Part shown: positions 1 through 10,223 of the stretch, piece after piece
Position numbering within the stretch: the stretch's first letter is position 1
Layout: each line of letters begins with the position of its first letter
NCBI GenBank assembly: GCA_013416795.1
Contig: RQSC01000028.1
Span: 795,057-818,737, forward strand
DNA from: Prasinococcaceae sp. CCMP 1430
Lineage: Eukaryota > Plantae > Prasinodermophyta
DNA: 23,681 nt
Direction: 5' to 3'
Notes under the pieces: model-generated
Seen by the model: the letters and a program-made list of their open reading frames with translations, nothing else
Told to the model about the DNA's origin: nothing
Database searches by the model: none
Position numbers and translations under genes: made by a program

Positions 1-1684
1 GCGAGGCGGCCGGTCGGCGCGCGGGCGAAGCCGAGCGCCGCGCGGCGGCGGCCGAGCAGCGCGCGCTCGAGGCCGAGGCACGGCTTGCCGCCGTCGCCGC
101 CGAGAAGAAGCGCGTTGAGGGGGAGCTGGAGCGATCCACGGTGGGCCACCGCGCGGCCCTGAGCCGGGCGCTGCTGCGCGAGGCCGCGCTGGAGCGCGAC
201 GCGCAGCGCGCCGCGCTGCAGGCCGAGGCGCCGCGCGTTGGGCGCGTCAGTGTGCAGCGGCAGGGCGCGTCGCTCGTCGAGGTGTGGGAAGAGGGCACCG
301 CGCATCGCGCGCTCGAGGCGAGGACGGCGGCTCTTGCAGATGAACGTGCGGCCATCGAGCGCGCGCGCAAGGCGCTGAGGAAGCGCCACCTGCCACCCCC
401 GGCTGCCGGCGCGTCCTCCGGGGCCGCCGCGGCCGCCGCTGCGGCCGAGAAGGCCGCGAGCGGCGAGACAGCACTGCGCGACGCCGAATTCTTGGCAGCG
501 GATGCGCTGGTGACGGCGCGCCTGGAGACGCTGCGCAAGCAGGAGACCGCGCTCGCACGCGAAAAGGAGCGGCTAGAGGCAGAGAAAGTCGCGCACATTC
601 GTGAGCTGCGCCGGCAGCGCGACGAGGATGCGAGCAGGCTGGGAAGCCTTGGGCACGCCCTCGGTGCGGACCCGGCGAGCCCGCGGTACGTGCTGAACCG
701 GTTGCTCGGCAAGGGTGGCTTTTCGGAGGTTTTCAAGGCGTACGATCTCGCGAGCCTTGGCGACGTCGCGGTGAAGGTCCACCAACTCGATGCCAACTGG
801 TCCGAGGAGCGCAAGTCCTCGTACGTGCGGCACGCCGTGCGCGAGTATCACATACACAAGGCCATGGAGCATCCGAACATTTGCGAGCTGCGCGACATCT
901 TTGAGGTGGATGCAAACACATTTGCCACCGTGCTGGAGCACTGCCCCGGTGGCGATCTCGATAGCCATCTGAAGGCTTCGGCCGGTGGGGTCCTGCCCGA
1001 GCGCGAAGCGCGCGCGATTATCGTCGCGGTCTTCTCCGGGTTGCTCTACCTCGCCGACCGGGAGAAGCCCATCATCCACTACGATTTGGTACGATGCGAG
1101 CTGCCCGCTTGCGCACGCACCGCATCGATGCACAAGCACGTCCTGAGCGACCGCGCACTGCCTGGTGTGCTAATCGTCGCCCGCCCGCCCCAATCCCATG
1201 CCGTCGCCGCCACCCACAGAAACCCGGAAACATCCTCTTCAGCGCCGATGGACAGGTCAAAATCACAGACTTTGGTCTGTCAAAGATCATCGAGGACAGC
1301 AGCGCCACCAGCATGGAGCTCACCTCGCAGGGCGCGGGGACTTACTGGTACCTGCCGCCGGAGTGCTTTGACACGGCGCGCAGACCCAAAGTCTCGTCCA
1401 AGGTGGACGTGTGGTCCGCGGGCGTCATCCTGTATCAGATGCTCTTTGGCCGACGGCCTTTTGCGCACAGCATGAGCCAGGAAAGCATCCTCCGTGACGA
1501 TGCCATACGCAAGGCCGGGTCCCTCGAGTTTCCCGACACTCCAAAGGTGTCACAGGCCGCGAAGGACCTCATCACGCGATGTCTGATCCGCGACCAGACA
1601 GCTCGCCCAGACATGAAGATGGTGGTCACAGATCCTTACCTCGATTACTCAAAACTTTCGGCCTCGCAGCTGAAGAGCAAGTGA
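1..1684 (+). CDS. TLK: Tousled-like Ser/Thr kinase, 5'-truncated; exons <3..1088 and 1220..1684
   Basis: The frame is open from the window start and encodes a coiled coil. Kinase motifs: LLGKGGFSEVFKA, VAVKVHQL, HAVREY. Splicing 1088 to 1220 restores HYDL|KPGNILF, followed by ITDFGLSK and the TLK-type GAGTYWYLPPECF and SSKVDVWS. Stop TGA at 1682-1684. Confidence 0.95.
1089..1219 (+). other. Spliceosomal intron (131 nt, phase 0) in TLK
   Basis: GTACGA donor, CTAAT branch site at 1170-1174, CACAG acceptor. It joins ORFs 141..1475 and 1094..1684 inside the catalytic loop. Confidence 0.92.
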
Positions 1685-1783
1685 CACGAAGCGGCTGGGG
1701 CCGCGTGGCACTTGTAGCGGGAGTGGGCAGGTTCGCAGCTTCTGCCTCTAGCGCGTGCGCGCGGCACGCGCGCTCGCATTCAT

Positions 1784-1788
1784 TGTAA
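1784..1788 (+). promoter_or_regulatory. Candidate TGTAA polyadenylation signal of TLK (second copy at 1889-1893)
   Basis: TGTAA lies 100 nt after the stop. UGUAA is the established chlorophyte poly(A) signal. The motif also follows the bromodomain gene (12048-12052) and CWF19L2 (22571-22575). Confidence 0.5.
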
Positions 1789-1948
1789 TCTGGGGAAAGG
1801 AGTCAAAGAAGCGGCGCATGGCTTGCGCGAGTGTGCGTCGTGCAACGCGTGCAGCGCTTGCCAGTGATAAGTAGGAGTGCAACTCGTGTGTAAATGTATT
1901 GCAGGCCCATGCTCAACTCATTCATTCCTGCAGCCGGGCGCTGCTTGC

Positions 1949-4911
1949 TCAGCCTTGCCACTCGTGGCCCGCGGCAGCCGCGGCAGCTTCCGCTGCGGCC
2001 AGGGCGTCTCGGGCGGCCCGCTCAGCGGCGCGCCCGCGACGCGACGCCGATCGGGACGCCGATCTGGACGCCGATCGGGACGCTTGACGCGCGACCGCGG
2101 GCGATCGTCCATTCGACATCGACGTATCAGACGACACCACCGATGGTGATAAAAGCCCGCGCTGTGTGCCGTCAGGCGTAGTGGTCTGCTGCGCTGCGAG
2201 TTCGGCGCGCAGCTTGCCTGCCTCGTCCTCCGCAGACTTCGCCCTGTCGGTGGCTGCTTGTGCGTCGCGTTGCGCGAGCTCTGCCTGGACGGTTGCGGCT
2301 TCTAGCTGAAGCCTCAAGTTGGACGCGTCCGATTCGCCCTCGGTGACCAGAGAGCGCGCTTCCTCGAGCTCTGACTTCAGCTCTGCCATCGCTTCCGCAG
2401 CTGCGGCTGCGGCTGCCTCGCGCGCTGTTTCGACACACGCAAGTTCCCTGCGGAGCAGATCAAGCTCCTCCTCCATGGCCGCGGTCGCTGCAGCGGAAGT
2501 TGCAGCCACAGCGATCATCGCGTCAGAGCTATCGTATGTGTCAGGGACAGTTCCACGCGAGCTGTCACTGTCCCAGTCGGGGCCCATGGCCTTGCCATTT
2601 GAGGCACGAGGCTCGGCTGCCTCAGCTACTCCTCCGTCGCCCGTCGCTGGGTTGATCTGGTGCTGGTGGGGGGCGCGGGGCGATTCAAAATCCGTCGCCA
2701 GCGCTACAACGTGATCGTGTGAGACAGATACGTCCTCTCCGCCGCGATCGCCCAGTTGGTCGAGGGTGCTGCGAGCGCGGTACCTCGTAGCGCGGTCGAT
2801 GACGGTTTTGAATGGCACACCTTGCTTGCGCGCGATCGCGCTGAGCTCGCTGGTTGTGCGCGCATCCTCGTCATCGCCTTCGTCGGAATCCGACGAGGAG
2901 CCTGCGAGAGCGCGATCGGTCGGCGCATCATACTCTTCCTCAATGCCGTTCGTCGCGCAGTCGTATAGGTGCTCGAAGTCTGCAAGCAGGCGCAGCGCCT
3001 CGCTGTGCTCGGCATCCACGGCGCCAACGGCCCACGCGGGCACCATCCCTTCGGCACCATCTGGCAGCCGCACGCAGGTCCATGTATCCTCGCCTTTGCT
3101 CACGTACGAGGCTCCAGTATGACCTATAGCGGTCTCGGCTTCATTAACGCCGAGTCGGCGCACGCGCTGATAGCACAGTCCGACGCTGATGGGCACTGTT
3201 CTGGAGATGGCACTGCGCTCCTTGCTTTTCCTGCGCGGCAGAGCGCCCTCGGGCGCGGGCGACACGCAGTCGGCAGGCACCTCACCGCCGAACGTCGCGC
3301 CCGCTGCGTCGCGAAGCATGACCCACTTGGGGTCGTCGGTGCTCCACATGGCGTAGAGCTGGCCAGGGAGGACCGACATCTCAGCGGCGTGCGCCGGGCT
3401 GTAGTCACCCTTGCCCACGACCCAGGTTGCGCCGTATGGCGGCGGGCCAAGCTCACCGCCCTCCTCTGAGTCGCCCTCGTCATCAGGCAGGGCGGACAAG
3501 CCGCTCAGCCGGGCGTTGTCAGCGGGATTAAAGTCCTGCAGACCGACCAGCCATTCCGATCCGCCCCCGCTCTCTTCTGCCAATGAGGAAGCAGCGGCAG
3601 GGCCGGCGGCGGCGGCTCCTCCTGACTTCGCGCCGTCTTCTCCGAGTCTACCGGGAGCGGCGTCGGTGCCACGCCCCTTTCCTGCTGTGGCAGTATCCGT
3701 CGCAGTGAAAGGCGCCACGCCGGCCACGGCCGCAGGCTGTGCTCCTTCGGGAACAGCGTCCGGAGGAGTTGCCTCGAGTGCCGCGGCAGAAATATCACCG
3801 GTACTGGTGCCAGCGTCGGAGGCCGCAATCTGCGTGCTACCTGCACGCGAGGCGACAGTCGTTGGTCTGGCGCCAGCTATCGCTCTTCCGTTCGCTCCCT
3901 CGTCGATGCTCCACACCGCCGCGCTCGCGTGTGTGAGGGACCCGCTCATCACGTGCATGGACAGCAGCGCCTGTTCAGAGCCGGAGGCGACCGAACGAAA
4001 GGCCGGGTAGATCATGAGCGGCACGCGAACGTGCGTGTGGCTGCGGCGCACTGATGCATACTGCGCGAGATCGACTTGGACCTTGGCGAAGGTACGCAGC
4101 ACACGCCGCTCCTCGTCCACTGCCTGGAGCTTGAGCTTGACGGTGACGCCCGCGAGCGCGGCGCCCGCGGGCCCCCGGCGTCGCATCTCGGACACATAAT
4201 GCAGCGACGAGCCCTCCGCGCCGAAGTCGACAAGGCCGCCCGCATCCACCACGCGCGAGGGCGTCTGCGTCGTCGCCGACGAGGAGTCCAGTCCGCGCAT
4301 TACAGCAGGAACAGGGTAGTGAGATGCAGGGGTCAGCAACGACGCCAATCATGCGCACAAATCAGTGCTGCCACTGGCAGCCGCTGACGACGGACGGGAT
4401 AGAGTGTCACGGTGAGTGTGAGCGCGAACGCGTGCATACTGATGCCGCACAATAATGCGTGCTATTGGGCGCTTCCCATCATGCCTTCCACGACACCCAA
4501 TATGCGCAGTCGGCGCCTGCCATCAAGGATGTTGGCATGCATCGCGTGATCGTGCCCGCGCGCACGGCGGCCACCAGCGGGAGCGTTCGCGAGGCGAACG
4601 CATCCGTGCGCGGTGAACGCACGGATGCGCGCTCGCCCGCGATCGAGGACGCCACGCATGCGCCCTACCGCGCGCAGGAAGTATTTCGTTCGCTGTTGGT
4701 AAATGCTAACGAATGTGACGCACCGTTTGCACGAGCGATCCTCGAGAATCGTACAGTGAGACCGCCACGCGCTGGACCCCCACGGGCGCGCCCTCGAGCG
4801 CGGCCGGCGTCAGCTGGAAGAGGAAGCGCTCGGACGAGGCCGCGCCATCGCCGCCGCCCACGCCCGCGCCGTCCCCGCCCCCCCCGTTACTGCCGCCGCC
4901 GCCGCCGCCAT
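1949..4911 (-). CDS. NT-C2 (EEIG1/EHBP1-type C2) plus SH3-like domain(s) plus C-terminal coiled-coil protein; exons ~4911..4724 and 4264..1949; start uncertain
   Basis: Exon 1 RFLFQLTPAALEGAP...VAVSLYDSRGSLVQT splices to TPSRVVDAGGLVDFG...VKLKLQAVDEERRVLRTFAKVQVDLAQYA, resembling the NT-C2 pattern. SH3-like KGDYSPAHAAEMSVLPGQ...DPKWVMLRD...GEVPADCV (~3263-3427) and a second partial WTCVRLPDGAEGMVPAWAV (~3025-3082). A heptad-rich region follows. The start is either ATG 4911 with a 1-nt error in the G8 run, or an in-frame ATG at 5119, 5068 or 5062. Confidence 0.65.
2043..2083 (+). repeat. 12-bp tandem repeat GACGCCGATCGG x3.4, encoding (ASRS)n on the minus strand
   Basis: Seen directly; it lies in the C-terminal tail of the NT-C2/SH3 ORF. 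Confidence 0.85.
4265..4723 (-). other. Spliceosomal intron (459 nt, phase 0) splitting the NT-C2 domain
   Basis: GTGCGT donor at 4723, GCTGAC branch site at 4337-4332, ACGCAG acceptor at 4265. The join is in frame. Confidence 0.7.
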
Positions 4912-5137
4912 TGCCGCCGTGCGATGGGCCGGGGCAGACGCAGCTGCGCCCCGCCGCGGCGCGCGCGCCGAGTGGGCCCCGCGGCGCGCGAATAAATCCT
5001 CGCCGGCCGAAACGAGCGATGTATTTTTGTGTGTGTCTGCACAGTACGACGTGCGTGCACATTACCATTACGTTGCCGGGCGCGCGGCCTCGGGGCGCGG
5101 CAGGCGGCGGCGCAAGCATGGCTTGGGGGGCGCGCGA

Positions 5138-8100
5138 TCACACGCCGAGCCTCGCGAGCGCCGCGGCGGCGGCCTCCTCCGGCGAGCGCTTGGGGTTGAG
5201 CGCGCCCCGGCCGAAGTGGTCCGCGATGACGGAGAAGGCCGCCTGGCCGTCAGAGGCGTTGGCGAGCTGCTGGAAGAACTTGTCGTGGTCACCCGCCTCG
5301 GCCTGCAGCGCGCGCTGCACCTCGCGCACGGTGCGGTGCGCTGGGGCGCACAGCGGGCATTCGTCCGCTTCAGCGATGCCGAAGCCGCCGCCTCCAGCGC
5401 CGCCGCCCAAACAGCGCGCGTGGTACGAGTGGCCGCACACGAAATGCGTCGCAGGCAAGTCGAGCGCGCCCTGGCAGGACGCGCAAGACGCGTTCTGAAA
5501 GATGCGCGCACGCCCGCGTAGCTCCGCCACCTCGGCGCGCATGGCGGTCGCCTCGTCGCGGTAGCGACGTGTGGCCGCAATGTCCTCCGCCGCCGCTGCC
5601 GACTGGCGCTCCAACAGGCCGCTCAGAAATGGGCGCACAGCGCCGAGAGTAATGAGCTTGTTTCCCGACAGCAGGCGCAGCGCCTCGAGCGGCGGCACCG
5701 CGCCGCTGGACTCCGCGCTGGCCAGCGCCTCCGCCGCAGCGTCCTCGCACGCTCCCGCACCTGGGCTGCCCAGGTACTGCAGAACGGCGCGCCACACTGC
5801 CGCCACGGCCGATTCCGTGGCCGACGCGGCCGACGCAGCACGCTTGGCGTAGTCAACCACCGCCTGCGGCCCGTGGTGGGGCGCTGGCGAGGCGATGATG
5901 ACCGCCAGCGCCTCGGAGAACAATCCCATGCGCTCACACAGTAGTACCGAGCCCTCGACGAATCCATGCAGACGACAGAGCACCAACGCCGCCTCGGCAT
6001 CGTACCGCGGCTTGCCACCGGGCGGCCAGCTTGAGCGAAGTAGGGTTGTCACCTTGGCGAGACGTTCCTCCGTCCTCCCGAGCCCGTCGTTTCTGCCCGT
6101 CCTACGCTCCGACTCCTTATCCGCCATTTCCTCCGCTGCGTCCTCATCGCCAGTACCGCCCAAGTAGAGCTCCAGCAAGGTGTTGTACACGGCAGGGGGT
6201 TGAGCAGGCTGATCCTCGCCGCCCTCGCCGGCGGAGGCCGCACTATTCACGACAAACTCGTAAAAGAACATGAGCGCGCGCGGCTGCTCGACGAAGAGGT
6301 GGGCAAACTCCTCCGGCGAGGCGCGCCCATCGCCTGAGCCCGTGCAGAGCGAGGCCAACGCGGCGGTGGCGGCCTCGGGCCGCGCGTCCACCAGGGCCTT
6401 GCCGTAGCGCTTCACGGCTCCCACTGCGTCCACGAGGTCGAGACGCGCGATGAAGGCAAGCGCCTCGTCGTAGTGCTCGAGGTCCTCGAGTAAGATGCGC
6501 AGCTGCCATTGGGCTTCTCCCGCAGACGCGGCGACCTGAAGCGCGTGCTCGTGATAGCCTGCGGTACTGAGCACGCCGATGGCCGTTTCGTGGTCGAAGC
6601 CAAACGGCGCACCCGGTGCGGTGGCACGGTCGACAAAGGCGCTCAGCTTCTCGGCGTCGCGCAGTTTCGTGTAGCAATTCAGCAGCAAAGTGGTGTGGTC
6701 AGGCGTGGCAAGCTCACCACCAACCTCGTGCAGGCGTTCGAGATAGGTCGTCAGAGCGTGGATGCGTTGCGCCTCGAGGTACTTTCTGATGACGTACGAT
6801 GGCGCTAGGTGGCCGATGGTCTTCTCGTACTGCGTCATGGCGCCGTCGTAGTCGCGCCGGCCATAAAGGTAGTCACCATAGCGGCGATAGACCGTCGCGG
6901 TGGCGGCTGTGGGCTCCCCCACCTCGTCGAGCGTTAGCGGCACGGCGTGCGTATACTTGTGCCGCCGGCACAAACCCTCGATGCGCGATGCGACGTCCAT
7001 CTCCTCCGAGGGTGCACGGGGCCTTGCGGGCGAGCCCGTAGGACCAGCGGCGCCGTCATGGGCATTGGCACTCCCCGCCACGATGCTCCGCGCGGGCGAG
7101 GCCGTCGCCGCCGGTGCCGGTGCCAGTCCTAGGTCGACGCCGACGAGGTTTCCCGCCGTCGGGGCGGCGGCCGTTGCGAGCGTCGAAAGAAGCGAGGCCA
7201 CCGGTGTGGCGTATGCGCCGCTCAGCGGCGCGCCCGCGGAGTCGACGGCAATCTTCCCGCCCGTCACTGGCGTCCGCCTTGCCAGCGGCGACGTAAAGAG
7301 CTGCCTCGGGCACTGGCCGAACTCGCTGATCTGTGCCTCCATGCCCGTCCGCTCCACCGGATCAGACACGGCATCCAAGTTGACGCTGCCGTCGTACGTC
7401 AGCGGATGAAAGAGGTTGTCCGCCCGCATAGCTGCCTCGCCACGCTGCTTGTGGCCGAAGATGAGGTCAATCCACTCATGCAAGTGCGCGCTCACGTGCT
7501 CACTCTCGAGAGCCTCCCTATTTTTCGCGATGAAGTCCGAGGGTGAGTCTGCCCACGGCGGCAGCACGACGTCGCCCACGGCCTCACCATTCTGCCGACG
7601 GCCGAGCGGCAGCGCCGCCGAGTTGAGCAGAAATGCGCCCGGCGCCGCTGCTCCGACGGCCGCGGTCGCACCTGAGCCTGTCGAGGGTGCCGCGGCAGCG
7701 AAAAACTCGGGCACCAGCTCCTTCAGGTCGGCGGGATTGGACAGCACGGAGCGCCAGCTCTCCGCAACCGAGCAGAAGAGTCGGTCAGGCGCATCAAAGC
7801 GACCGTTCTGAAGGCGCAGCATGTGCGCCGGCGCGCTGCGAACCATCCAGTAGAGCACGTAGCCTGGCGTGCTGTAGTGAGTGCCGTACAAATACGGCGC
7901 CGTGCGCACGCCGGGCCCGCTGCCTCGCGGCATCTGTTCCATGCGACGGCGCAATGTCGCGAGCCGCTGCTGGTTGAGCGCGCCAACTGGCTTGCTCAGG
8001 TCGCGAAAAGTCGCTTTGTTTGTCGTGTCGAGTGTGGACGATTCGTAGTCAGCGACCACCCAGGGAAACACCGGCCACTGCGACAGGTCGTTCGTCGAGC

Positions 8101-9259
8101 GCCCCGCCACCAAGTTCAGGTAGCTCAGAAAGTCGAAGTTCGAGATGGCGCCAGCACGCCACGCAGCGACGGTCCGCGTGAGCCACTGGTCCCCGCCCGC
8201 TGGGTCAAAGACTGCCGCAGCGGCTCGCGAGCCAAGTGGCGAGTCCTTGGCAAGCGCTCCCGCGGCGGCACGCTCGGCGAGCGCTGCGAGCGCCGCGGCG
8301 GCGTCCCCAGCTGAGCGGAACTCGAACAGCGCGCTCGCTCCGAATGCCTCGCCAGGCGCCGCCGTCAGGAAGTACGCTTCGAGCGCGCGCGGCCGGTGGC
8401 AGACGCGGCGCGGCGCAACAGCGCCGACGGCCCCCAGTGGGCGGCAGCGCGCCGGAGATGACTCTGCGAGATTGTGCAGCGGCTGGAAGTACATGTTTTT
8501 GTCGGTGATCACCAGGATGCCGGGCTCGCGCACGAGCGGCGTCAACTGCGCAATCACCAGGACGCGATGGCGCGCAGGCACACATGCGCATCAGAGTCAG
8601 CATTGGCATGAGCGAGCGCCCGGGCGCTCGCAACGGCGCAACGTCTACACGCGCCGCACCCCGACGCGGCGCGGTTTGCGCACCTGCACCGCGCGGCTCT
8701 GCAGCAGGATCCGCTCTGAGAACGATCGCAGCTGCGACATGTCAAAGGTCGCGGCTTCCTCGACGGCATCGGCAACGGCCGCGACGTCGGCCTCGCGCTG
8801 CGCCGGCTCGTCCTGCGCCCAAGCGTCCACCAGCGCGCGCAGCTTGCCAAGGAGCTGCGCCGGTTGCGCGTACGCGAGCGCCACGCGGTAGCGGCTTGGT
8901 GAGGAGTCGGTTTCGTACGGCGAAGCGCGCCCCTTGCCCCCACCCGCGGAGATGCGGGTGGCTCGTCGCGCGGTGAACTCGATCGCGCCATCGGCCGCCT
9001 CTTGCAGGTCGCCCACGGCGCGCAGTGACACCTTGAGAACCGCCTGCGACGGCGCGGCCGCCTCGGGCTCGAAGAAGAGGTTGTGTGTGCCCAGGCGCAC
9101 GCGCCCCTTGCAGCGCTGCGCTGCGGGCGCACCCGCGCCCGCACCCGCCCGCGTGACGTCGAGCTGCGCGATGAAGTCCGTCAGGTAGCGCTCACCCTCG
9201 TCGAGGCATAGGTAGGTGAAGCTGCGGCCCTGTGGGCGCGCAAGCGTCGACGACGCCAT
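5138..9259 (-). CDS. VPS11: FAN/NSMAF-type PH(GRAM)-BEACH module fused to the VPS11 C-terminal alpha-solenoid, RING-H2 and Vps11_C; exons 9259..8684 and 8545..5138 (~1327 aa)
   Basis: The N-terminus RSFTYLCLDEGERY...GRVRLGTHNLFFEP and LTPLVREPGILVITDKNMYFQPL resemble NSMAF. BEACH motifs: ISNFDFLSYLN, GRSTNDLSQWPVFPWV, RDLSKPVGALN, YGTHYSTPG, GRFDAPDRLF, DLKELVPEFF, LHEWIDLIFG, FGQCPRQLF. From ~7000 the VPS11 motifs are YGDYLYGRRDYDGAMTQYEKTIGHLAPSYVIRKYLEAQRIHALTTYLE, HTTLLLNCYTKL, RING-H2 CASC...CGHSYHARC...CPLC and HDKFFQQL...FSVIADHFGRG. Confidence 0.9.
8546..8683 (-). other. Spliceosomal intron (138 nt, phase 0) in the BEACH-VPS11 gene
   Basis: GTGCGC donor, GCTGAC branch site at 8601-8596, GCGCAG acceptor. 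It joins ...SRAVQ|LTPLV... Confidence 0.88.
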
Positions 9260-9413
9260 CGGCCCCGCCGGCGTGCCCACGTTCCCCCCACCCCCAACAC
9301 CTTTCCCCCCACCACCCCCACCACCCACACCCGCACCACGCGGAACCGCCGCCGCCGGCCCCGCGCCCGACGAGGACAGGGCCACCAGCAGCAAGCCCCG
9401 CCCGGCGTTCGTC

Positions 9414-10223
9414 ATGATGAGCTCGCAGTGCGACCAGGCCAAGGTGCGCCGCTCGGAGGCGCTCGGCGCGCTGCGCTTCCTGTCCAAGCCGGTGGCCGCC
9501 GCCGACCTGCAGAAGGTCTTCGCCCAGCTGGCGGCCGGCGGCATGGACACGCGCGCCGTCGCCGAGGCGGCCGCCGCGGCGGGCGTGGAGATGGTGCCCA
9601 TCAAGCGCTGCCACTCGAGCGAGGACGTGACCGTGTCGCTGCCGCTCGCCGTGTCGCGGCTGGCGCCGACGAGCGCCATCGACGCGGCGGCGCCCACCGC
9701 CGGCCGCGGCGCGTTCCACGCCTTCACGCAGCCCAAACCCGTCGTCAGCGGCCCGCCGCCCATGGGTGCGCCGCAGGCGCTCACCGCGGAGCAGGTCGCG
9801 GCGCTCGTGTGCTACCACCAGCAGCAGAGCAAGCAACGGAATCACGCGCAGCCGCAGGCGCCGGTGGGGCACCTGCAGCAGCAGCAGCAGCGCGCCGGCG
9901 CGTGCTCCACGGGCACCGCCAGCGCGAGCACGGCGCCGAGCTCGGCGTGCGCCGGCCCGTTCATGGCGCGCATCAGCTGCAACCCGGTGCCCCAGAGCCA
10001 GCGGCGCGCGGTCGCGCTCGAGAAGTACAGGCAGAAGCGCAAGACGCGCTGCTGGGACAAGAAGGTGCGCTACGAGAGCAGGCAGCGCGTGGCGGTCAAC
10101 CGCCCGCGCGTGACGGGCCGCTTCGCCAAGCGCAGCGGCTCGGACTCGGACACCACGGACGTCACGCCGGCCCCCGCCGAGGCCGCCGCCACCGCGGGGC
10201 CGGAGCCAGCAACGAAGGAGTAG
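9414..10223 (+). CDS. CCT-domain protein with the C-terminal half of a (pseudo-)receiver domain, PRR-like; true start uncertain
   Basis: CCT motif RAVALEKYRQKRKTRCWDKKVRYESRQRVAVNRPRVTGRFAKR. The N-terminal FVMMSS...GALRFLSKPVAAADLQKVFAQL matches receiver beta4-alpha4-beta5-alpha5. The first in-frame ATG is at 9414. Confidence 0.8.
   Translation: MMSSQCDQAKVRRSEALGALRFLSKPVAAADLQKVFAQLAAGGMDTRAVAEAAAAAGVEMVPIKRCHSSEDVTVSLPLAVSRLAPTSAIDAAAPTAGRGAFHAFTQPKPVVSGPPPMGAPQALTAEQVAALVCYHQQQSKQRNHAQPQAPVGHLQQQQQRAGACSTGTASASTAPSSACAGPFMARISCNPVPQSQRRAVALEKYRQKRKTRCWDKKVRYESRQRVAVNRPRVTGRFAKRSGSDSDTTDVTPAPAEAAATAGPEPATKE

Noticed and set aside
4459-4995. 178-aa plus-strand ORF as an independent gene
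   Set aside because: It lies antisense to the NT-C2 first exon and intron and has no recognisable motif.
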